Assembly: GCA_029564175.1 (NCBI GenBank)
Contig: JAKQQL010000110.1
Span: 32,001-96,000, forward strand
DNA: 64,000 bases
Origin: Candidatus Cloacimonadota bacterium
Lineage (GTDB): Bacteria > Cloacimonadota > Cloacimonadia > Cloacimonadales > WRIO01
Direction: 5' to 3'
Shown here: positions 1-9,300 of the stretch, in pieces
Layout of the letters: each line of letters starts with the position of its first letter
How positions within the stretch are numbered: position 1 is the first letter of the stretch
The notes under the pieces: model-generated
Told to the model about the DNA's origin: nothing
What the model saw: only the letters and a program-made list of their open reading frames with translations
Databases searched by the model: none
Made by a program: the position numbers and the translations under genes

Positions 1-70
1 TTTCAAATGTATTTCCGCAAGCACATTTTACGGTTATTTTTTCGTATTTAGGATGAATTCCGTTTTTCAT
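1..70 (-). CDS. rpmE: 50S ribosomal protein L31 (5' part only, runs off the window; absent from ORF track)
   Basis: Manual translation MKNGIHPKYEKITVKCACGNTFE; AAGGAG RBS upstream; CxC zinc motif. Confidence 0.95.
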   Translation of the reverse strand, partial: MKNGIHPKYEKITVKCACGNTFE

Positions 71-462
71 TTATATCTCCTTAATTAATTTTTACACACT
101 TTCAGTCATGAAAATTTCAAAACATTTTTTTGTCAAACGATTTTTTGGAAAATGCTGAGTGCTTTGAATTTGAACGAAAAAGAATATTTGATACGGATTA
201 TGCTGATCTTAAGGATTTAAAGTCTTAAAGAAAATCAAAAAAGGTAAATCCTCAAAGTAATATTGATAATCATGCGGAAGATAAGCAAATTATATGCTAA
301 GTTACTCGTAGTACAAGTTCTCAGCATACGAGATACTACAAACAACTTCATTAGACAGTCTGTTCGTCCTTGATTCTTCTTCCATTCCTCTTCCTTTCTT
401 GGAGAACAGAGTAATCATCAAAGGGGAGAGAAAGCAGTATGAAAGCTGTTTTGATTTTGGTA

Positions 463-490
463 TTGACAGAAATTCGCTTTATTTTATTTT
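463..490 (+). promoter_or_regulatory. Putative sigma70-type promoter
   Basis: TTGACA-N16-TATTTT about 100 bp upstream of the methyltransferase ATG. Confidence 0.5.
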
Positions 491-535
491 AAGTGAATCA
501 TGACCATCTTGGTCGTTTTAAAATAATCAGGATGT

Positions 536-563
536 TTCTGTACTACATGCATCTTGCTTGTAG
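536..563. repeat. REP-like palindromic element (inverted copy of 4253-4280)
   Basis: Reverse complement CTACAAGCAAGATGCATGTAGTACAGAA matches 4253-4280 at 25/28. Confidence 0.75.
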
Positions 564-587
564 TGAGCTAATCTGACGGAGGTTAGA

Positions 588-1253
588 ATGAAGACAAATT
601 ACCATTCCCACGATACTGTTTATAAACGATTAAAAGAAAAGGGTCAAAACAGTTGGTCATTAGAGGAAGATTTACGTGATTATCTACAAAATCTTAAGCA
701 GATACTTGATCAGTATCATTTTACAGACAGCTTAAATGGCAAAATACTTGAATTAGGATGTGGAGCTGGCAACATCCTGCTTTCAGTAAAAAATGATGTT
801 AATGACTGTTTTGGTGTCGATATTTCAGAGACAGCGATTGAAATGGCAAAGTTCAATGATAAAAAAAATCTGTGTCACTTTTTTGTAGGCGATGTGTTGT
901 CTTTAGAAGATTTTTCTGATGAGTTTTTTGATCTGGTCATTGACGGCAACTGTTTCCATTGCATTATCGGAGAGGACAGGGCTTCATTTTTAAATACTGC
1001 CAGTAGAGTCTTAAAGAAAGATGGGTTATTTTATATTTCCACAATGTGTGGCGATCCACCTTCTGAGATTCAACATCATTATGACGAAAAAACACGATGT
1101 TCTTTATTAACAGATGGTACCGCAGTTCGTTATTTTGGTTATCCGGATGATATTATCAATGAAATCAAAAATTCTGGTTTTCATATTATTGGGGAGTCTT
1201 TACAGACACAGGAATATCAGCAAGACGGACTGATCATATTAGCGCATAAGTAA
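588..1253 (+). CDS. Class I SAM-dependent methyltransferase
   Basis: LELGCGAG motif I, GVDIS motif II, FDLVID; GGAGG RBS. Confidence 0.9.
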   Translation: MKTNYHSHDTVYKRLKEKGQNSWSLEEDLRDYLQNLKQILDQYHFTDSLNGKILELGCGAGNILLSVKNDVNDCFGVDISETAIEMAKFNDKKNLCHFFVGDVLSLEDFSDEFFDLVIDGNCFHCIIGEDRASFLNTASRVLKKDGLFYISTMCGDPPSEIQHHYDEKTRCSLLTDGTAVRYFGYPDDIINEIKNSGFHIIGESLQTQEYQQDGLIILAHK

Positions 1254-1273
1254 TGTGCATAAGCTGTGCATAA
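1254..1273 (-). promoter_or_regulatory. Tandem DnaA-box-like 9-mers
   Basis: TGTGCATAA twice (1254-1262, 1265-1273) = TTATGCACA, fits TTWTNCACA. Confidence 0.4.
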
Positions 1274-1468
1274 CTCTTTTTTGATTACTTAACAGACTGA
1301 TGAATAAAGATTTTGACTGACTATTAAAAATGTGAGTAAGATTCAGAAAAAATGAACTAAATTAGTTGCAAAACCATATAATCAGCGTAATCAGTGTCTA
1401 AAAATTTTTTCATTTCTAACTCAGAGTTCTCAAAAATCATAAAGCTTTATAAAAAATTATAAATTTGA

Positions 1469-1496
1469 TTGACAAAATTATCAGAATCTGTATAAT
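1469..1496 (+). promoter_or_regulatory. Sigma70-type promoter of the phoH operon
   Basis: TTGACA-N16-TATAAT upstream of AAGGAG RBS. Confidence 0.75.
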
Positions 1497-1535
1497 ATAC
1501 AATAATAGATGATAGTAGTGGATAAGGAGTAAAGG

Positions 1536-2990
1536 ATGAAGAAGAAACAAAAAACAGACAGTCCTGTTCTTAATGCTGAAAATATCGGAAACAGAAAGAT
1601 TTATGTGCTTGATACCAATGTGCTGATACATAATCCGGAATCATTGTTTAATTTTGAGAATAATGTCGTTGTGATTCCAATCGTAGTGATTGAAGAGATA
1701 GATAATTTTAAAAAAGGATTGGATGAAAAGGGGCGTAATGCCAGACAAATTGGTCGTCATCTGGATAAAATCAGAATGGATGGCTCGCTAAAAGATGGTA
1801 TTCCCATCAATGTCCGTGAAGATAAACAATTACCTGAAGATGAAAAATATGGTTTTTTAGTGGTTGAAATGAGTCATAAAATCCAGGAAACAATGAGTCA
1901 GTATTATTTTAAAAATGAAAATGACAATCTGATCATTGGTACTGCCATTCATTTCAGAGACAGATTCCCGAATCAGAAAGTGGTGTTAATCTCCAAGGAT
2001 GCCAATGTTCGTATCAAAGCCAATGCAGTGGGTATCTTTGCAGAAAACTATGAGAATGAAACAGTTAAATTTGAAGAATTATATACCGGCGTCTGTGAAT
2101 TACAGGTTTCGGATAAAGAATATAATCAATTCAAGAAGAGTCAGTATCTGGCATTTAACTCAGAGAATCTATACCCTAATCAGTTTATCAGACTATTTAA
2201 TAAAGAAGATTTAGCACAGCCTTATTTGTTAGGCAGGTATAATTGCAGTGATAATGGTAACATCATCTTTCCATTGGCTTCTTACCCTGATATAACAAAG
2301 AATGTATTTGGCATTCAAGCCTTGAATGAAGAACAACAGTTTGCCTTTGATCTTTTGCTGGATGAAAATATCAAACTGGTGTCTCTGATTGGCAAGGCAG
2401 GTACCGGTAAAACATTACTTGCTATTGCAGCCGGTTTGAATCAGGTGGTTGAAAGCGATACGCAACGTTACAGCCGTCTGGTGATTTCCAGACCGATTTC
2501 TCCGTTAGGCAAAGATATTGGTTTTTTACCAGGTTCCAAGGCTGATAAATTTAATCCCTGGATGCAGCCAATTTATGACAATATGGAGATTTTAGTCAAT
2601 CAGCATACAGAGAATAAAAATGCAAATAACGGTAAGATTTTCGGTAAAAAAACACCTCAATTGCAAGATTATCTGGATTTTGGTTTTATTGAACTGGAAC
2701 CTTTGACCTATATTCGAGGCAGAAGTTTACCAAAACAATATATCATTATAGATGAGGCACAAAATCTGACCCCTCATGAAATGAAGACCATCATTACCCG
2801 TGCCGGTAAAGATACCAAAATCGTTTTAACAGGTGATCCTTATCAGATTGATATTCCTTATCTGGATTCTGAAAGTAATGGCTTATCCATGGCTGCAGAA
2901 AAGATGAAAACAGAACGCTTAGTAGGTCATGTAACCCTTGAAAAAGGGGAACGCTCAGAATTAGCAGATCTGGCAGCAAAGTATTTCTAA
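1536..2990 (+). CDS. phoH: PIN-PhoH (PhoH2-type) ATPase/RNase
   Basis: N-terminal PIN domain (VLDTNVL, SKD); Walker A GKAGTGKT; YIRGRSL, DEAQN, GDPYQID, ERSELA. Confidence 0.92.
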   Translation: MKKKQKTDSPVLNAENIGNRKIYVLDTNVLIHNPESLFNFENNVVVIPIVVIEEIDNFKKGLDEKGRNARQIGRHLDKIRMDGSLKDGIPINVREDKQLPEDEKYGFLVVEMSHKIQETMSQYYFKNENDNLIIGTAIHFRDRFPNQKVVLISKDANVRIKANAVGIFAENYENETVKFEELYTGVCELQVSDKEYNQFKKSQYLAFNSENLYPNQFIRLFNKEDLAQPYLLGRYNCSDNGNIIFPLASYPDITKNVFGIQALNEEQQFAFDLLLDENIKLVSLIGKAGTGKTLLAIAAGLNQVVESDTQRYSRLVISRPISPLGKDIGFLPGSKADKFNPWMQPIYDNMEILVNQHTENKNANNGKIFGKKTPQLQDYLDFGFIELEPLTYIRGRSLPKQYIIIDEAQNLTPHEMKTIITRAGKDTKIVLTGDPYQIDIPYLDSESNGLSMAAEKMKTERLVGHVTLEKGERSELADLAAKYF

Positions 2991-2993
2991 AAA

Positions 2994-4181
2994 ATGGATA
3001 TAAAAGAAGTTCTGCTTAAAGATGTTAAATTAGGTATGTGTCTGGCAGCTGACGTCAGTAATGTCAGAGGCATACCTCTTTTTCAAAAAGGATTTTACTT
3101 CACTTCACGTGAGCAGATCATCAGATTACAGGATGAAGGCTTAAAGAGTATTCCTGTCAATATGACGATTAGTCTGATCGATACGCGGTCTGAAAAGGAA
3201 AAAATCCATTCAGCAGAAGCAGGGAAAAAAGAATTTGAAAATCCTGAGCGTAGAATCGAATATCTTAAAATCGAGAAAGCAAAAGTCAAAGAACTTTATA
3301 AAGCCAGTCAGGATATCATTAATGAAACCATGAATAGTGCCCGTTTTGGCAAGGCACTTGAACAGAATGTGATCAAAAAACAGGCAATTGATGTTTTGAA
3401 CAGTATCAAACGCGATAATCTGGCGCTTTTATCTTTGTTAAACCTGAAAAACTTTGATGAATATACCTATACCCACAGTTTGAACGTTGCTGTTTTAGCC
3501 ACTGCCTTTGCCTGGCACATGAAATTTCCTGAAGATAAGCTTTTATCAATAGGCAGAGGTGCATTTTTACATGATATTGGTAAAGCAAAAGTACCGCTAA
3601 GCATCTTAAACAAACCGGATCGGCTTGATGATAGTGAATTTAAGATTATGCAAATGCATCCCAGTTATGGAGAACAGATTTATCAGCGTGAAAATATGAC
3701 CAATCAAGTGGAAGTTGATATCGTGTTGCATCATCATGAAAGCTATGATGGATCTGGTTATCCATCAAAACAGGCTGGTAACGAGATTAACAAGTTTGCT
3801 GCCATTGTCTCAATTTCTGATTTTTACGACGCACTTACTACTGAGAGAGTTTACAAAAAGGTCATTCATCCCTCTGAAGCGATTCAGATTGTCTATTCAC
3901 AGAGTGGTAAGAAGTTTGATCCAAGAGTGGTGAATCACTTTATTAAAACAGTTGGCATATATCCGATTGGCAGTTTAGTTGAGCTGAGTAACGAGCAGAT
4001 AGCGATGGTAGTTGCTTTTTCAAGAGAAAATCTGTTAAAGCCGGTTGTACAAATACTACAACTTGAAAATGGTATATTGGTGTCTCAGAATAAGATTATT
4101 TCCTTACTTGATTCGGATATCTATATCAAATCCATTTATAAAGGAGATGTGAAAATCGTTGAGCAGAATGTTATGGCCTAA
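2994..4181 (+). CDS. HD-GYP cyclic-dinucleotide phosphodiesterase
   Basis: YTYTHS, LHDIGK, HHHESYDGSGYP, DFYDALT, KFDP, GIYP motifs. Confidence 0.92.
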   Translation: MDIKEVLLKDVKLGMCLAADVSNVRGIPLFQKGFYFTSREQIIRLQDEGLKSIPVNMTISLIDTRSEKEKIHSAEAGKKEFENPERRIEYLKIEKAKVKELYKASQDIINETMNSARFGKALEQNVIKKQAIDVLNSIKRDNLALLSLLNLKNFDEYTYTHSLNVAVLATAFAWHMKFPEDKLLSIGRGAFLHDIGKAKVPLSILNKPDRLDDSEFKIMQMHPSYGEQIYQRENMTNQVEVDIVLHHHESYDGSGYPSKQAGNEINKFAAIVSISDFYDALTTERVYKKVIHPSEAIQIVYSQSGKKFDPRVVNHFIKTVGIYPIGSLVELSNEQIAMVVAFSRENLLKPVVQILQLENGILVSQNKIISLLDSDIYIKSIYKGDVKIVEQNVMA

Positions 4182-4252
4182 TTGAATGACAAGCAACTTG
4201 CTTGTTATGTTGTTTTTTATATACGCATGATGGTAGCTTGCAGTCCGGTTTT

Positions 4253-4280
4253 CTACAAGCAGGATGCTTGTAGTACGGAA
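4253..4280. repeat. REP-like palindromic element
   Basis: CTACAAGCA-GGA-TGCTTGTAG perfect 9-bp stem followed by TACGGAA. Confidence 0.75.
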
Positions 4281-4305
4281 GTTTGCTGTATGGAGAAGGT
4301 AACAA

Positions 4306-6225
4306 ATGATGATTAAAAAGAAGAAGATAAAACAAGCATTAAATAATATCAATGAAAGAAGCTGGGTTGAGATCAATCTGGATCATTATTCGGATAATAT
4401 TAATGCTTTAAAACAGAAGTTTTTGCCACATCAGCAGTTTATGCAGATTGTCAAAGCGGATGCCTATGGTCATGGAGCACCTCAGATAGCACTTCAGGCA
4501 GTAAAAGAGGGTGCTGTGATGCTGGGGGTTGCCAATGTTGAAGAAGCAACTTTGTTGAGATTTCATGAAATAGATATTCCAATTCTTATTTTATCTCCTT
4601 CTTTTGATTTTGAAATAGAGTCCATCATTCATTATAAGCTCATTCCTTCTGTTTCAAATATTGACTTTGTAAAAAAGCTCAATCAGGAAGCCAAAAAATT
4701 AGGGATTAAACAGCCAGTTCATATCAAATGTGATACAGGAATGAATAGGAATGGAATAAGAGTGGAAGAAGCTTTTATATTTTATAACGAAGTAATAAAA
4801 AATGATCATATTAAGGTTGAAGGAATTTTTTCTCACTTTTCTTCTAGTGAAAATGACAAAGCATATACTCTGTATCAATATCATAAATTTATTGAAGCAA
4901 TTCAGCCGTTTGCAAAATCTCTGAGTTATATTCATATCGCTAACAGTAGTGCAGTTGCAAATTATCTGTTTACTCAGGTGAACCTGCATCGTTTAGGTTT
5001 GTTATCCTATGGGGTTTATAGTGATGATTCCATCAAAAGTAAGGTAGATTTAAAGCCGGTGATGACATTCAAATCCAGAATTTCTCATATTTCGACTGCC
5101 AGAGAGAATGAAACAATCGGATATAACCGTACTTATCAGGTGAAAAAGCCTTTAAAGTATGCGATTATCCCGGTCGGATATGCTGATGGATATGATTTTC
5201 TGTTATCAGGCAAAGCAAACACAGAATGTCATGAAAAATCCTGTCCTGTACTGGGCAAGGTTAGTATGGATATGATAGCCATTGATATTAGTCATTTGCA
5301 AAATGTGCAGATTGGTGATGAAGTAACCCTTCTTGGCGGTAAACAGGAATTTGTCCATGCCGAAGTGTTAAGTGCTTTATTTAAAGGGTCTTCTTATGAA
5401 TTGCTGACTCAGATAGGCAGAAGAGCAAAACGTTATTTTATAAAGGAACAAAAAATCAGTGATTCTGCTCCGATCCTCAGGCGTGACTTTATACCCAAAG
5501 ACTTTTCTGACGATAAATTAAACCGAATCATTCATCAGGCGATAGAAGAAAGAATTCATAAAAAAGAGCTTGCTGGCGTCATCTATCATGATATTCTCAA
5601 ATATTTCTTTGTTGATAGTGACAGGGACGTCTCTTATCGTTCTAACTTTGTTCACTCAATTCGCTTTCTTGACGAGAATGAACTTTATTATACCGTTGAA
5701 ACGCATATAGAGTTTGATAAAATTTTACAAAATCCCTTTTTTATTGTTGCCTGTGCCAATAATCAGGAGAACCTGGAACTCTATTTTAAAAGGCGTGATA
5801 CCGAATATCGTTGGTTACTGGATGAAGATGTTGTACTTGATGAATCAAAATTCATCGTGAGTTCAGCTAAGATCAATGATATTGTGTTGACTCATAAATG
5901 TCATGTTAATGATAAAGCATTAGAAATCAGATGTGAATCTGATCAGTTGCAATCCATGCTAAACCAGTTGGTACATTTTGAAATCAACACACGAACACTC
6001 TATCCAAAAATGAAGCATCAGCTCAGTATCTATCTGTCTGAAATTACAAAAGGGATTATGCTTGAATTTGAGTATCCGGAAACGATTCAATCTGTAGAAT
6101 GTATTCCTATTTTCTCAGGCAGACGAAAGTATCCTGATATTGAATTTCTGTCTCACCGGATAAAAGTATCAACCCGTGAGAATGACTGGGTATTTCCTAA
6201 CAGTGGTGTGGTCTTTACGTATTAA
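4306..6225 (+). CDS. alr: Alanine racemase with a ~260-aa C-terminal domain of unknown function
   Basis: VKADAYGHG (PLP lysine), DTGMNR, IGYNRTY, VSMDM; the Alr fold ends near residue 380. Confidence 0.9.
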   Translation: MMIKKKKIKQALNNINERSWVEINLDHYSDNINALKQKFLPHQQFMQIVKADAYGHGAPQIALQAVKEGAVMLGVANVEEATLLRFHEIDIPILILSPSFDFEIESIIHYKLIPSVSNIDFVKKLNQEAKKLGIKQPVHIKCDTGMNRNGIRVEEAFIFYNEVIKNDHIKVEGIFSHFSSSENDKAYTLYQYHKFIEAIQPFAKSLSYIHIANSSAVANYLFTQVNLHRLGLLSYGVYSDDSIKSKVDLKPVMTFKSRISHISTARENETIGYNRTYQVKKPLKYAIIPVGYADGYDFLLSGKANTECHEKSCPVLGKVSMDMIAIDISHLQNVQIGDEVTLLGGKQEFVHAEVLSALFKGSSYELLTQIGRRAKRYFIKEQKISDSAPILRRDFIPKDFSDDKLNRIIHQAIEERIHKKELAGVIYHDILKYFFVDSDRDVSYRSNFVHSIRFLDENELYYTVETHIEFDKILQNPFFIVACANNQENLELYFKRRDTEYRWLLDEDVVLDESKFIVSSAKINDIVLTHKCHVNDKALEIRCESDQLQSMLNQLVHFEINTRTLYPKMKHQLSIYLSEITKGIMLEFEYPETIQSVECIPIFSGRRKYPDIEFLSHRIKVSTRENDWVFPNSGVVFTY

Positions 6226-6324
6226 ATTGAGTTTCTTTTAACTGATACTACATATTTTTATAGATTAGTAAAAAACGGAACATTTCTTGCATATTCTTTT
6301 GAAAAAAAAAGATAGGGGATATGT

Positions 6325-9300
6325 ATGGAATGTTTTAAGAAGCTTATGCTTGTTCTCTCTATTGCGATTATATTTACACAATTGTTCGGAGGAGACAGCG
6401 GACAATTCAGGGTAAATACACAAAATAGCCAATTAACAGATATTGAGTTTAATTTACCAGACTGGTCAATCAGCAGAGATCATAAAATTGACAGTAAGGG
6501 AACTGAATTAACAGTATGTAAAAATGATATAGAAATACCATTTTATTCCACTTGTATTGCTGTTCCTCAAAACAGCCATGTAGAAATACTGTCAGAAGAT
6601 AAAGGTGAGACAAAAGTATATTCTAATATTAGTCTTTCTGCATCAAATCAAGTGATTGATCGAAAATTTCAAAAAGACCAAAATCAACTGGTTGAAATAT
6701 CTTCGGTCATGACTTTAAGAGATTATCAAATTGTCAGTGTGAATATTTATCCATTTCAATATGATCAATCTGGAAGAAAACTGGATGTAACCAATCAGGT
6801 TAAAGTGAAAATCAGCCATAAATCGGGAAATTGTTATACGCAGAACAAAACCATTTCTAAAGCGTTTGAACCTCTCTATCAAACAATGATTTCAAATTAT
6901 GATCAGATCAGAGAAACCCGTTCGGTATATCAAAAACCTTCGATATTGATTATCCATCCAAACAACACTCAAATTCAGACACGTCTTAATCAGCTGGTTG
7001 AATGGAAAACGATCAGAGGTTTTGACGTAAAAACTGTATCATTGAGTATTACAGGTAATTCAAACTCATCAATAAAGTCCTATATACAAAATGAGTATAA
7101 TAATTCAGAAAATCCTCCTGAATATGTTTTGCTGATAGGCGATGTAAATGGAACCTTGTCGATTCCTTCTTTTTATCATTTATATGCTGTTGAGGGAGGA
7201 TATGGAGATTATCCTTATACACATATTTCTGGAAATGATACCTTAGGTGATTTGTTTATTGGTAGATTGTCTATAGAATCCAGCTCTGATTTTGATGTGA
7301 TGGTTTCAAAAATTATTTTTAATGAGAAGTATCCAACACAGGCAGGTACAGACTGGATGAACCGAAGTATTTTAATGGGTGAAACCAATGTATCCGGTCA
7401 AACCTGTATCACAACCAATTATTATATCAAAGAAGCGATTAAACGTTATGATAGTAATCATGAATTTACAGAATTATATGGTTCTGTTGTTAATCAGTCT
7501 CAAACTACAGCAGCAGCAACTGCAGGTGCATTAAATTTTCATTACCGCGGCTATTATAATATGAATAATTATACGAATTCACACATTAATAATATGAACA
7601 ATGTGAAAAAAATGTTTAATGTCGTTTGGATTACCTGTAATACAGGTAATTTTGCTGCTACTGAACTGAGCCGTATTGAGAAAGTAACCAGATTGGGAAC
7701 TGTTTCTGAACCCAAAGGGGCATTAACTGCAATAGGAATGTCAACTTCTCATACTCTGACTGCTTATAACAATTTGATGTCAACAGCAATCTATGATGGT
7801 TTATATACCCATGGAATGAATAATATGGGGCAAGCTATGTTGTATGCAAAATTAAGAGTGCAGACTGCTTATAGTAATTATTCTGGCGTAGCAAATGATC
7901 TGGTACACTGGCTGAATCTGATGGGTGATCCTTCAGTAATGGCTCACAAAGATATTCCCATAGGCTTAACAGTTCAAGCACCAGATAGTATCATAAAAGG
8001 ACAAAATTATATTCAAATTCATGTCAGAAAAGAAGGTAATCTCTCTCTGAAAGATGCAGTGGTTACGTTAAAATCATCAGATAATCAATATTTTACCGGC
8101 TATACAGATGAAAATGGTAATGCAATCATCAATCTGGATAATGAGCTAAATGGCACATTACAGATGACAGTTACAAAAGAAAATTATCTGACATCTCTTA
8201 AAACAATAACAATTCAAGAGACTGGTGGGATATCTCTGGATTCATATACATTATCTAACGCTTCAAATACAGCAATTGTTCAGGATATCAACCCAGATTT
8301 AACTTATACACTCAATGCCTATTTTAAAAATTATTCTTCTGCAGTTATCAATAATATTCAGTTTAGAGTGAGAACCCAGAGTCCTTATGTGACTTTAACA
8401 GATAGTTTAGCATTTTTAGGTCAACTAAGCACAAATACTGTTTCTACCTCTCTAAATTTTAAATTTCAGGTACATGCTAACTGTCCTGATGATTATCAAA
8501 TTCCATTTCAATTGATTGCTATTGGGAATAATATGCAATATACTTCTATGATATCTGTGGTAGTTAATAGTTTTAATTTTGAATATAACTCATATCAGGT
8601 GATTAATTATGCTCAAAATGCACCAATTGGTATGAATGTTCAATTACAGGCTCATTTTACAAATACCAGTCATATCAATTTAAACAATTTAACTCTGAAG
8701 CTTACATCTCCTGGTTTTGATGTGATGATTGTTGATTCACTTTCAGTCATTAATAATGTTGTAGTAGGAGAAAACTCAAGTAATGCAAATGACTTGTTTA
8801 GCCTGACAGTTAATCATAATGTTGTACCAGGAACTCGTATTCCTATGGAACTGGTGTTTGTTTATCAAAATATGGAACTTAAACGAATTCCATTTATAAT
8901 GAATACTCAAAATGCTTTGTTAACTGATCCACTTGGTCCTGATGAATTTGGTTATGTGATTTTAGATCAGGGTGATATGAATTACAATAACTGTCCATCT
9001 TATGAGTGGATTGAAATATCAACTATAGGAAATAATACTGGTATCTCAGATCCTTATGATAATATGGATATGGTTCAGTCAGTAACATTGCCATTTCCAT
9101 TCAGATTTTATGGAGAACTATATAATCAAATTACAGTATCATCCAATGGATTTTTTGTATTTGGTGTAACAACAAATCCGGCAATGCGAAATACGCCTTT
9201 GCCTGGTAGTGGCGCTCCTGTAAACATGGTTGCTCCTTTCTGGGCAGATATTATCGTACAGGATAGTGGTGATTCAGGCGTTTATACCTATTATCATCCA

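Noticed and set aside
1200..1535. Possible oriC
   Set aside because: Only two good DnaA boxes, no dnaA or dnaN nearby; skew not computed
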